From: a virus
Taxonomy: Duplodnaviria > Caudoviricetes
Length of the DNA stretch: 50,059 nt
IMG/VR virus record: IMGVR_UViG_3300011416_000002
Coordinates: 1-50,059 of that record
Reading direction: 5' to 3' (one strand)
In this document: positions 38,212 to 46,862 of the stretch, one piece after another
Layout: every line of letters begins with the position of its first letter
Numbering within the stretch: the first letter of the stretch is position 1
Made by a program: the position numbers and the translations under genes
The notes under the pieces: model-generated
What the model saw: only the letters and a program-made list of their open reading frames with translations
Told to the model about the DNA's origin: nothing
Databases searched by the model: none

Positions 38212-39262
38212 CGAGCACTTCTCCTCTGAACGTGACGAAGCCACCGGCTTCGTCGATGACAGTTACGAGTTCCGGGGGCAGTAGCGCCCCCTTCTTGAAG
38301 GTAAGTATGCAGAACCCTGCGACGTGATTACGTGGGTTGTGCTCCTGGTACTCGAACTGGGGACCCCAGACCGGCGCCAAAGCGCCCGCATCAACCCCCC
38401 ATCGCGTACCATTGTAGTCCGTGAAAGGCGTAACCTTTTGGCTATGGAGATGCCCCGTAACCATGGTGCGGCCAGACCACATCGCATTGTTATGTGTCGC
38501 ATGAATGCCACCCTTGAACCGATGCTTCACAATCGCACTAGGCGCCCTCTTGGGATCGCCCACCTCAGCCGCCCAACACGGTTCCCAATCCGGGAAGTGA
38601 TGCACGAGCCGCGTTCCATACACGTTCCGGAACTCCGGCGCCACCTCCGCCAGCCGCCTATTGAAGCGGGCATCATGGTTGCCTAGCGTCCAAATCTTCT
38701 TAGCCTTCCCCGCCGCCTCAGCGATCTCTCCCAGCCGCTCCTGCACCTCACATAGCTCATCTTCAACCGTCGGCACCTTCTCCCACCCTATCGGAGGATG
38801 CCGACTGATAGATGGGGCATCCAGCGCGTCCCCGTTCATGATGACCACGCGGGGCTTCATCTTCTTGATGAGCTTCACGAAGGCCCGGTGCGCCGTGCTG
38901 TAGATGCCCGGCCAGTAGTGCGCGTCCCCGCCTATGAAGACCATCCCATCGCTGATCTGGGCATTCACCTTCTCATTCTGAACCGGCATCCCCTTAGTGT
39001 ATTGGTTGGCTTGTCCCATCCGTAAGCTCGTCCCTGAACGCTGTTCAATCTTCGCACGGCGCTCATGAACCCGCCGCTCCCCTATGCCGAGCGCCTGTGC
39101 AAGCCTGTTGGGTCCGAGGGCTCTGTACTGCTCAATGAACTCATCGTCGCGCATGGGGCGGGTCCTCTTAGGGGTGGGACCCCGTCTAGCCGTGAAGGTA
39201 ACCCGCTTTCGGGAGGGAGGCGAGCGCCTCCCTCCCGCTCTCTTGACATTCCGCTTAGCCAC
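38204..39262 (-). CDS. calcineurin-like metallophosphoesterase with N-terminal HTH
   Basis: GDAH, NGDALD, GNHD, KH, GHLH metal-binding motifs. Confidence 0.88.
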   Translation of the reverse strand: MAKRNVKRAGGRRSPPSRKRVTFTARRGPTPKRTRPMRDDEFIEQYRALGPNRLAQALGIGERRVHERRAKIEQRSGTSLRMGQANQYTKGMPVQNEKVNAQISDGMVFIGGDAHYWPGIYSTAHRAFVKLIKKMKPRVVIMNGDALDAPSISRHPPIGWEKVPTVEDELCEVQERLGEIAEAAGKAKKIWTLGNHDARFNRRLAEVAPEFRNVYGTRLVHHFPDWEPCWAAEVGDPKRAPSAIVKHRFKGGIHATHNNAMWSGRTMVTGHLHSQKVTPFTDYNGTRWGVDAGALAPVWGPQFEYQEHNPRNHVAGFCILTFKKGALLPPELVTVIDEAGGFVTFRGEVLDV

Positions 39263-39263
39263 T

Positions 39264-39629
39264 TCACTGCTCCGTTGGGGTTCCGTCCAGAGCGCGCCTC
39301 TCGAACTCTTTGAGGTCGCGCCGGATTTCCACGCCCTTGTTGGTCTCCGTAAAGCCGAAGCCCATCGCCAGAAGCGCCAAGCTCACCAAATTGAAGACAT
39401 GCTCCCGACTCCTGGCATAGCCGTGAACCCAGCCGCTTTCCTTCCACACCTGCCGCTGCATGTTCTCATCAAAGTTCGCAGGGGTCTGCCCTCTAACTAC
39501 ATGGCACCGATAGCTGTAACGTCCTGGACCATGCTGGAAGCTGCCGCCTTCATTCCATATGACGGAACGGGCGATCTCCGTGACTTCCTTGGTGACGGCA
39601 CTGTGCAACTCTACCTTCACGACTAGCAT
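39264..39629 (-). CDS. conserved phage hypothetical protein
   Basis: MLVVKVELHSA start with AAGGA SD. Confidence 0.65.
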   Translation of the reverse strand: MLVVKVELHSAVTKEVTEIARSVIWNEGGSFQHGPGRYSYRCHVVRGQTPANFDENMQRQVWKESGWVHGYARSREHVFNLVSLALLAMGFGFTETNKGVEIRRDLKEFERRALDGTPTEQ

Positions 39630-39633
39630 TGGC

Positions 39634-39798
39634 TTAGTCCTTCTTCTTGGTGCGGGGCCGGGTTGACCCCAGCGCCTCAGTGATGCGGCCCCTGTTGACG
39701 CCAAGCCGCTCCGCGAGGTCGGTCCTCCTTAGGTCCGGGAACCTCTTGGCGGTCTGTCTGATCTTCTCCTGCGTAATCTGCTCGTTCACCCTTTTCAT
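39634..39798 (-). CDS. 54-aa helix-turn-helix protein
   Basis: read manually: RTDLAERLGVNRGRITEAL; ATGA-coupled to polA. Confidence 0.65.
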   Translation of the reverse strand: MKRVNEQITQEKIRQTAKRFPDLRRTDLAERLGVNRGRITEALGSTRPRTKKKD

Positions 39799-41414
39799 AG
39801 CTCTATCTCCACTAACCCTTCTGGATTGCTCTTACTCTGCTTGCTCCAGTTGGAGCCGATTGCGGCCTCCACCTGGATGATGCACTCCCGTTCCTTGCCA
39901 TGGATGTCGCGCACCGGGACCTTGACCGACATGCACCCACCCAAGATGTCCAGCACCTCCTTTTCGTGTTCTGTCCTGTATTGGAAAAGCACCGCGTCGT
40001 GAACCTGGGCCAGCACTTCCAGAAGCTCCGGATCATATTGTGAGAGCCTCCACAGCCCAATGTTCAGGATATCCCCCACCCCGCTCTGAGGCCCGAACGC
40101 CAGCGCCTGCTTGTAGGTATGGGTGTCGTTGGGCCGCCCCAGGAGCCGGACTTCCCGATCCAGTGGGTTGTAAATCGGCTTCCGTTCATACACGTCTTGC
40201 AGCCGTTGGTTCTGCCACTCCTTGATGCCAGGGAACGCCTTGAAGAACCTTCCTTGGGCCTCCTCGCACCGGACGATGGGTATCTTGGCGATCATCGCCA
40301 TCCCCCGTGGAGTGAGCCCGTAGTTAGAACCGTGCTGGACCCGCTTCGCCTGGAACCGATAGTCGTGCCCCTCCGTCTTGTCCCAAGGCGGGTAGGTGTT
40401 CTTAGCCAGCGCCTTGTCCTTCTTGAGGTCTCCCGTCCACGGTATTTCTTCACTCCAGACCTCTCGACAGACGTAGGTATGAACGTCCCGCTGATGCGCT
40501 TCGATGTATTTTTCATCCCCCGCGATATACGCAACCAATAGACTTTCAGCGGTCTTCAGGTCCACATAGCACAGCTTCCGACCGCTATCCGGAACGAAGA
40601 TGAACCGATGCTTCTCCGCGATGTTCTGTAGGTTGCCGCCCTCCCCATATGGGTTCTTCGACGAACTCCACCGGCCGGTCCAAGGTGCAGAGACGTTGAA
40701 CCCGCTATGAAAGCGGCCCCTCAGACTAAGCTTAGCGGAGAGGAAACCCCTCTGCTTGTTGAGGTCCCGATGTTCCCGTAGCAGTTCCAGTAGGGAGCTG
40801 TACTTCGGCTTCTCATGGGACAGTTGCTCCAATGCATCATCATCCGTGGTGAGTGAACCGGTTTGCCCGTACTTCTTGGGGAGCTTCATCCTCTCATACA
40901 GAAGGTGGCAGCATTGATCCTTCGACGCGGGCTGGAACCGCATAGGCTTCAAGCGTGGCATCCCGCAGCGCTCACACCGCATCTCGTCCTGGCTCACAGC
41001 CGGCTCACCAACGGCGGTCCTGGGCCACTTATGGCGCTGCTCTTTCCCGGTCTTCGTCAGCTTCTCCGACTTGGGACAAAAGCCCGTTTCGAGTTCGACG
41101 CCATCCCAGAACTTGATGGTCCATTCATTCGCCTGGATAGCATCGGCGGTCTTCTCCAGGCTCTCGGTGACATCCTTCAGGGCAAGCTTCTGGCCCACCG
41201 TATCGACCTTGACCCCGCGAATACCCATGATGAAAGCCGGCGTCTGTTGCGCCAGGTTCCACTTGTAGGTCCGCACTTGGTTTGCGTTGAGCCTGGGTCT
41301 CAGGCGATTGAAGATTTCAAGGGTGCCGGTCGCATCGAGGCACGAATAGGCCGCGAACTTGGCTTCCCCGTGAAGCTCCTGGGCCTTCTCCAGGCCCACC
41401 GTGTTGAATTTCAT
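39795..41414 (-). CDS. polA: family A DNA polymerase, C-terminal part (ExoIII + polymerase domain)
   Basis: YSCLD (ExoIII), TGRWSS, NLQNI, motif A YVDLKTAE, motif B RFQAKRVQHGSNYG, motif C VHD. Confidence 0.93.
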   Translation of the reverse strand: MKFNTVGLEKAQELHGEAKFAAYSCLDATGTLEIFNRLRPRLNANQVRTYKWNLAQQTPAFIMGIRGVKVDTVGQKLALKDVTESLEKTADAIQANEWTIKFWDGVELETGFCPKSEKLTKTGKEQRHKWPRTAVGEPAVSQDEMRCERCGMPRLKPMRFQPASKDQCCHLLYERMKLPKKYGQTGSLTTDDDALEQLSHEKPKYSSLLELLREHRDLNKQRGFLSAKLSLRGRFHSGFNVSAPWTGRWSSSKNPYGEGGNLQNIAEKHRFIFVPDSGRKLCYVDLKTAESLLVAYIAGDEKYIEAHQRDVHTYVCREVWSEEIPWTGDLKKDKALAKNTYPPWDKTEGHDYRFQAKRVQHGSNYGLTPRGMAMIAKIPIVRCEEAQGRFFKAFPGIKEWQNQRLQDVYERKPIYNPLDREVRLLGRPNDTHTYKQALAFGPQSGVGDILNIGLWRLSQYDPELLEVLAQVHDAVLFQYRTEHEKEVLDILGGCMSVKVPVRDIHGKERECIIQVEAAIGSNWSKQSKSNPEGLVEIEL

Positions 41415-41641
41415 CCAACCTTACCGCGCACCTTCAGATAAACGTGGCAGTCGTTTATCGTAAGAAGGTACGGCGGATGAGTTTCGCCAGTCCCTATCGC
41501 CCCCATGGCATCGAGTTCCGCCATGAGCTTTTTATAGATCGTATGCCGGTCCGCCTCGGTCTTGAAGAAGATCGATATGGAGGACGGAGCCCCATTCGCC
41601 TCAGACAGTTCCGCATACAAGCCGCAGAATTCCTCAATCAT
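41411..41641 (-). CDS. hypothetical protein
   Basis: TGATG and ATGA coupling on both sides. Confidence 0.6.
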   Translation of the reverse strand: MIEEFCGLYAELSEANGAPSSISIFFKTEADRHTIYKKLMAELDAMGAIGTGETHPPYLLTINDCHVYLKVRGKVG

Positions 41642-42009
41642 CAGTTCCCACCTGGAATGTAGAGACACCTCAGCTTGCCATACCATTCGCAAGAATGAGT
41701 TTCGCCGTCCTTTGACTGCTCAAAGCGGGTGTCAGCGTCCACTGCCACCGCTTTCCCCGTCTTGTTGGTGTAGTACCACTTCCCGTTGCGCTGTTCGGCC
41801 TTCGTGATCGGGCCACAGTCCTGCATGTTGCAGCAATAGGCGCTGTACCATGAGTGAGCCGCCGCTGGCTGGGACCAGCTCACGAAGATGAGGAACGCTA
41901 TAGCCGCGCAAGCACTCGGAAGGGGATCAGTCGGTGGCACGATTGGCATCTTGCACTGGTAGGATTGATGGCCCCACTTGAGGCACCGGAAGCAGAACTT
42001 CTCCTGCAT
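41641..42009 (-). CDS. zinc-knuckle + TM/signal + Cys-rich exported domain protein
   Basis: CFRCLKWGHQSYQC; hydrophobic helix; AHSWY...CC...DC...SKDG..H.C...RCLY; AAGGAG SD. Confidence 0.7.
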   Translation of the reverse strand: MQEKFCFRCLKWGHQSYQCKMPIVPPTDPLPSACAAIAFLIFVSWSQPAAAHSWYSAYCCNMQDCGPITKAEQRNGKWYYTNKTGKAVAVDADTRFEQSKDGETHSCEWYGKLRCLYIPGGN

Positions 42010-42034
42010 GACACGGCTCCTTGCAATGCGACAC

Positions 42035-42238
42035 TTAGTCGCTGCTTCTAAGGAAGTTCCAGGCTTTCACGCACCCGATGATAGCCGCTGCCAGCCCAAG
42101 GACCGGGTGAACGAACATGGTAAGCGGAATTGCGGCGGCGACCATGATGAGGGTCATGATGACCCGGTAAGCCTGCTTCTCCTCCTGAGGGAGGCTTTCC
42201 CCCTTGAGGTCCTTCACGATGTTCTTCAGTAGGTTCAT
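42035..42238 (-). CDS. small membrane protein
   Basis: two hydrophobic segments; GGAG SD. Confidence 0.55.
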   Translation of the reverse strand: MNLLKNIVKDLKGESLPQEEKQAYRVIMTLIMVAAAIPLTMFVHPVLGLAAAIIGCVKAWNFLRSSD

Positions 42239-42239
42239 G

Positions 42240-42443
42240 TTACCACTCCATGTATGTGCTGAGATAGATGAGGCCGATGCCCCACACGACGAGGACAAGC
42301 CCCGTCAACGATGGGAGTACAGAGTACCATTTCGCGATGAGATCGATAACCGCCAAAGCCAGCAGGATGGTGCCGACCCAGACTAGGAGACAGCCGATCC
42401 CTCGGAGGATGATCCCAAGGAGGTCCTTACCGCTGTCAAGCAC
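42240..42443 (-). CDS. small membrane protein
   Basis: two hydrophobic segments; GGGAG SD + GTG. Confidence 0.55.
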   Translation of the reverse strand: MLDSGKDLLGIILRGIGCLLVWVGTILLALAVIDLIAKWYSVLPSLTGLVLVVWGIGLIYLSTYMEW

Positions 42444-42654
42444 CTCGTATCTCCCTTAGTTCACCGGTAGTCCAGGCGTTCTGGAGGTCCCACAACTCCC
42501 GCTGGATGTCATGGAAGTCGTTAACGAGCTTCCGCTGTAGGAGCGCCGTGTCCTGGATTTGGGTAGTCTTCTCAGTCAGCTTGTCATTCAGCACCTTACG
42601 GGCCGCTTCGTATTCCTCGTCACTCATTGGCTTCTTCTTCATCAGTCGCGTCAT
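42436..42654 (-). CDS. small coiled-coil protein
   Basis: heptad pattern; start uncertain. Confidence 0.55.
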   Translation of the reverse strand: MTRLMKKKPMSDEEYEAARKVLNDKLTEKTTQIQDTALLQRKLVNDFHDIQRELWDLQNAWTTGELREIRGA

Positions 42655-42892
42655 CTGCTTTGTCCTTCTGTTTGAACACTCTGAAAGCGTAGGCCATTAC
42701 TTCAAGCTCTACCCTGTCCCCGACCTTAACATCTTCCGGCTTTAGCCCCGTTGCATGGAGCGCGGCCTTCGATACCAAGATGTTCCCTAGGTGATGAAAC
42801 AGCCTTGGACTGATAGGCCGGGCCAAGATGGTGACAAGCCCTCGCTGGTTCGTTTCATGATGCTTGATGACACATGGGATGTTGTCACTCAT
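42620..42892 (-). CDS. hypothetical protein
   Basis: GAGGAG SD; overlaps upstream stop. Confidence 0.6.
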   Translation of the reverse strand: MSDNIPCVIKHHETNQRGLVTILARPISPRLFHHLGNILVSKAALHATGLKPEDVKVGDRVELEVMAYAFRVFKQKDKADDATDEEEANE

Positions 42893-44000
42893 CGCGCTTA
42901 TCTCCTCTCTGCTTCTGCCTTAGGCCGCTTTCGCCGGCCCAATGCTTCCATGAGCCTTGCCGGCTGTAGGAATTTCCCATGAACTGTAGGCTCGCCGGTA
43001 GCTCCGGGTAAAGAGCTTTGTGAAGCAACCGCAGATCGTGGCAGTAATTGCGGGGCCTTATGTTCATCTTCTGTAGGAGCCAGGGCACATCATAGGCGCC
43101 GAAGTTCTGTCCCAGCTTCGGGACATCGTTCTCCAGGATCGCCTTGCAGGCCATCCAAGCCCGCTTCTCCTTGGCCGCGCTATACCAGTAGGATGCGTTG
43201 AGGTTGTCCATCGAGATGAAGGGGACATACATCGCCCGCTCCTCTGAGGTCGCGAACGCTATACCCCGTACCATTCTTGGTACGAGCGCATTATCAGGGC
43301 TCCACCATGTCTCGATGTCGGCACTCAGTAGAGGCGCCTTCGCCGCCTCATCCACGAAGGCTTCCACTTCCTCGATGGTCGGCGCAATGCTCAGGAGCCG
43401 CTTCGGAAGCTCTATGTGCTTCCCGATTTCGGCCTCGGCCAGCGCCCTATTGAGGTCCCCGATGAACACATGGAACAGGCTGTACTTACGCCGGACCATG
43501 TCGGGGTCGAAGATGGGGAAGAACTTCACCCCGAAGAACAGCCGCTCTCCCATGAAGGGCTGGCCCCTCAGGTTGCTGATGTTGCCACCGGGCTTGAACG
43601 CGGCCACCGCATTGGTGCCAAGCGGGACGACCACAGTGGGGTTCGCCGCTTCGATTTCGGCCTTCACCCGCGCAAGCGATGCCTCATGATAGGCGGGCCA
43701 CTCGGAGCCCCGGCGCCGCTTCTCCCGCACAATGTCGTCCCCCTCGAACTTCTCATCATAGACATAGGTGAGGAGGCAGTCGTAGCGGTCTATCGAGGCG
43801 GCTCTCATGCCGCTCTCAAGGATGATCCCAGTAGGACCCACGAAGGGCGCGTTCTTCTCGCACTCCCACGCCTGCGGGGCGTCACCGATGAAGGCCAGCT
43901 TACAAGGCGCTCTACGCGGGAAGTCGGCCGGGACCTTCCGACCGTACTCCTCGGAGCGGTTCTCAAAGCGGGGCTTTCTTACTCTTGTGAAGGTAGCCAT
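42885..44000 (-). CDS. DNA polymerase N-terminal part: family-4-like uracil-DNA glycosylase domain + 3'-5' exonuclease (ExoI, ExoII)
   Basis: IGDAP..E..PFVG.TG, VVPLG..A, LRG (UDG); LSADIET (ExoI), GQNFGAYD (ExoII), HD..L.H...PELP.SL. Confidence 0.85.
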   Translation of the reverse strand: MATFTRVRKPRFENRSEEYGRKVPADFPRRAPCKLAFIGDAPQAWECEKNAPFVGPTGIILESGMRAASIDRYDCLLTYVYDEKFEGDDIVREKRRRGSEWPAYHEASLARVKAEIEAANPTVVVPLGTNAVAAFKPGGNISNLRGQPFMGERLFFGVKFFPIFDPDMVRRKYSLFHVFIGDLNRALAEAEIGKHIELPKRLLSIAPTIEEVEAFVDEAAKAPLLSADIETWWSPDNALVPRMVRGIAFATSEERAMYVPFISMDNLNASYWYSAAKEKRAWMACKAILENDVPKLGQNFGAYDVPWLLQKMNIRPRNYCHDLRLLHKALYPELPASLQFMGNSYSRQGSWKHWAGESGLRQKQRGDKRDE

Positions 44001-44001
44001 G

Positions 44002-44038
44002 AAAAAGCCGGGGACCGCCCATGCCAAGCGGTCCCCGG
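44002..44038 (-). terminator. rho-independent terminator-like hairpin abutting ATG 44000
   Basis: CCGGGGACCGC/GCGGTCCCCGG stem then CTTTTT on - strand. Confidence 0.6.
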
Positions 44039-44199
44039 TCCCCGTCTAGTCGGTTTCTATGCCGGACTTCTTCCGGAACTCAACAACATCTTCAAGGACC
44101 GCCAACGGTAGGTAGAGCAGAGCATGCGAAACAGCGGCCCTTAGGAGGGTCGCGAGGGCAGGCTCAGTGGTTGGCGGTAAGAGGACAGCGGCCTCAGCT

Positions 44200-44451
44200 C
44201 TATCGAGGACGTTTCTTAGGCTTCTCTGTGGGCTTCCCATACTCTTTCCCCAGTCTCTTGAGGGTCTTTGCGGAGCCCCCAGACGTCAATCCCACGCGGA
44301 CCGCCTTATTGAAGGCTGGGCTTTGATAGGCCCGTCCCTTCTCAAGCCCTCTCATGTCAGAGAGCTTTTGAGCGACCATAGCGCGAACCCTTGACGACTG
44401 AGGGCTCCTGCGAATACCAGTCCTGATAGACCTAGATGTCTTGAATGCCAC
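44200..44451 (-). CDS. small highly basic protein
   Basis: K/R-rich ORF in operon orientation. Confidence 0.5.
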   Translation of the reverse strand: MAFKTSRSIRTGIRRSPQSSRVRAMVAQKLSDMRGLEKGRAYQSPAFNKAVRVGLTSGGSAKTLKRLGKEYGKPTEKPKKRPR

Positions 44452-44923
44452 TTGGCTTAGGGACCTTCAACCCAGAGATGAGACCTGATACGGGAGGCCC
44501 ATTCTCCAGCTTATTGCTGACCCCGTCAACAACGACCGCGTCCGTGAAGGTTTCCACGGGGTGCCGGGTTTTGCCCGTTTGAACCCAGTAGAGGGCCTTC
44601 CCCATGATGATGTCAGAGGTAGCGGATAGAGCCGCGTACCGCTGACCCTCAGTGGGGAAGTGCGCCAGGAGGTCGCCCAGGCACCGGGACAGGCAATCGA
44701 TGGCATGGCTCATGATGATCTTCCCATCCGCAGCGCCCATCTGCTCATGCTGGTGGGCCATGATGGTCTCGAAAATCTTAGAGGCCATCGTCGGAGGCTC
44801 CTTATCCGGGATGAACCCGTTCTCAGTAGCCATCTTGTTGAACTCCTCGACGGCCTTTCCCTGAGGATCACCCGTGATCCCAAGAAGGCTGTAGAGGCTT
44901 TCCATTCCCTTAGGCGTTGCCAT
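44432..44923 (-). CDS. hypothetical protein
   Basis: AAGGA SD before ATG 44923. Confidence 0.7.
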   Translation of the reverse strand: MATPKGMESLYSLLGITGDPQGKAVEEFNKMATENGFIPDKEPPTMASKIFETIMAHQHEQMGAADGKIIMSHAIDCLSRCLGDLLAHFPTEGQRYAALSATSDIIMGKALYWVQTGKTRHPVETFTDAVVVDGVSNKLENGPPVSGLISGLKVPKPSGIQDI

Positions 44924-45009
44924 TGTAGGTTCCTTTCTTCTGTTAAGTGGTGGAGGGGACGGGGTGGGCTCCCATCCCCTCCTCGGCGGAGGATTGAGTT
45001 TGCCCAATC

Positions 45010-45489
45010 CTACTCGGCCGAAACGAAGAACGAGATGCTGTTCTGAGTGGTCACCTTGCCTGTAGTCTTGTTGGTGACCTGCTCCTGGACGACGTGACCC
45101 AGGACCTCAGTGTTCTTGCATGCGTCGATAGCCTCCTCCGGGGAACCGTAGTCCTTCCGGGCATCGATCCCATGGAGGGCCAGGTGAGCCGTGATCTTGG
45201 CCCAATCGTTGGCGCTTCCACCGGCCCAAAGCCGCTCGAAGATGCGGTTCTCGGAGTAGTTGTAGTTCTTTCCGAGCGCCGCAAGAGCCTCATCATCGAC
45301 ATCGTCCATGGGCTCGACCGGCTCATAGGCGAATACGATCTGCGGAGAGACCTTGGGGTTCTTGTTGGGGCTGAACTTAGCCGCCCGACACTTGAGACGC
45401 CATGTCCCAGGAGGCAGGAGCTTCAGGTCCGGGATGTTGTCCCAAGAGCCCTTGAGGATGCTCTCGTAGTCAGTCACTTCATCAGTCAT
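45010..45489 (-). CDS. single-stranded DNA-binding protein (DUF669/gp2.5-like)
   Basis: LLPPGTW start motif, acidic, directly downstream of Sak4-like ATPase. Confidence 0.65.
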   Translation of the reverse strand: MTDEVTDYESILKGSWDNIPDLKLLPPGTWRLKCRAAKFSPNKNPKVSPQIVFAYEPVEPMDDVDDEALAALGKNYNYSENRIFERLWAGGSANDWAKITAHLALHGIDARKDYGSPEEAIDACKNTEVLGHVVQEQVTNKTTGKVTTQNSISFFVSAE

Positions 45490-45517
45490 GTCATTTCCTT
45501 TCTGGTTGCAACCACTG

Positions 45518-46420
45518 TTAACCGGGGGGTATATGACCCAACGCGATGAACAGTTCCTTGAGGGCCGTTTCCGGACCCAATCCGTTTAGCTTCTCCAGGT
45601 TCCTCGCAGGGACCTTGATATCCATGTCGCTGCGGGGCAGAACCTGCATGCACCTTGTCCCGGTGGAGCCTTTGAACTTGGTCTCAAAGTTCACCACAAT
45701 CGGGAACTCACCGCTGATCGTCTGAGGCAGGGACCAGCCCACCGCCGTCGGATAAAACCGAGTTGGGATCATATCCACCGCCTGCTTCTTGATCTCCTTG
45801 GTGATATCGCCGTCACCGCTCTGGGTATCCTTAGGACCCACCATCTTCAGGTGGCTGATGACGATCACATGATGCTTGTTGGTAGTCGCCGTGAGCCGCC
45901 TCAGGAAGTTAAGCTGATCGGCCGCCGCCATGCCCCACACAGCCTGTGTGGTGTTCAGTGGGGTCTTCCCAGCCAGAGACCGGGCGCGGTTCATGGCTGC
46001 ATTGGCGTTCCCGGTGATCCCGTCGAGCACCACAATGGTGTCGGGACCCCAATCCTTGGATTGGCCAAGATCGATCCAGCAGACCCCCTTATCGTCCGGG
46101 GTTCCAGTGGGGTCCTGATACTTCCATCGATCCAGAAGGCGGACCCCCTTCGCGAAAGCGGTAGGCATATTGGGACCGAGGAACCCCTCCTTGTCCACGA
46201 TGGGGTCCTCCAGGGAGACGATATCGATGTTCTTTAGCCGCTCCTTGTCCGTGAATAGGAGGAGGCTCTCCGGATTGCCATCGAAGTCCAGGATGCGGAG
46301 CTTCCATCCGGCATTGGCTAAAGAAGCCAATGCTCCAGTCTTTGAGGCTCCCGGAAATCCGGTGACCAGGAGGCGAGCGGGGCTTTGTCCGAGGAGGGTG
46401 AGTGCGTTGGCCATTGGCAT
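45518..46420 (-). CDS. Sak4-like AAA_24 ATPase (ssDNA annealing)
   Basis: GFPGASKT Walker A, ILDFD, VLDGIT, ISH; between nuclease and SSB. Confidence 0.8.
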   Translation of the reverse strand: MPMANALTLLGQSPARLLVTGFPGASKTGALASLANAGWKLRILDFDGNPESLLLFTDKERLKNIDIVSLEDPIVDKEGFLGPNMPTAFAKGVRLLDRWKYQDPTGTPDDKGVCWIDLGQSKDWGPDTIVVLDGITGNANAAMNRARSLAGKTPLNTTQAVWGMAAADQLNFLRRLTATTNKHHVIVISHLKMVGPKDTQSGDGDITKEIKKQAVDMIPTRFYPTAVGWSLPQTISGEFPIVVNFETKFKGSTGTRCMQVLPRSDMDIKVPARNLEKLNGLGPETALKELFIALGHIPPG

Positions 46421-46862
46421 GGACCTCTTAGAAGGGGTGTGGGTGCCAGGGGTTCGCCTAGCCAAAAGAGGGTCGCCCCTCTACCCCACCATGGGAGACT
46501 GGCGGAAGGTCACGGGCTCTTAGGACGCGCCTTCCGCCAGCCATTCGGCATCATGAGTGAAGGGCAGGATTGCCCGATGCCGAATTAGTTACCGCTCTGC
46601 CTCTCCAGATGGGAGAAGATCGAACGAGCGGTAGAGAGCGTCATAGCCCGCTCATGGCGGGGCTTACAATGACGCGGCACATCGAAAGTCATCTGGCATG
46701 CTAAGAGCATTGCAATAATCATAGGTTTTCTCCGTTTTTGTGAGACGAACTTCGTCGCGGCGAGTTGTAGCTCATCTCGCCGTTCCGCGCCATGCGGCAA
46801 GTCGCCGCGCCCTCGCCGCCATGGCCGCCTCATACGTTAGGAAGGGGCCATAGACGCTTCCA

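Noticed and set aside
41415-42884. Group I intron or intein interrupting polA
   Set aside because: Both halves have their own start/stop; the interval is filled with coupled small ORFs; no homing endonuclease or intein termini seen
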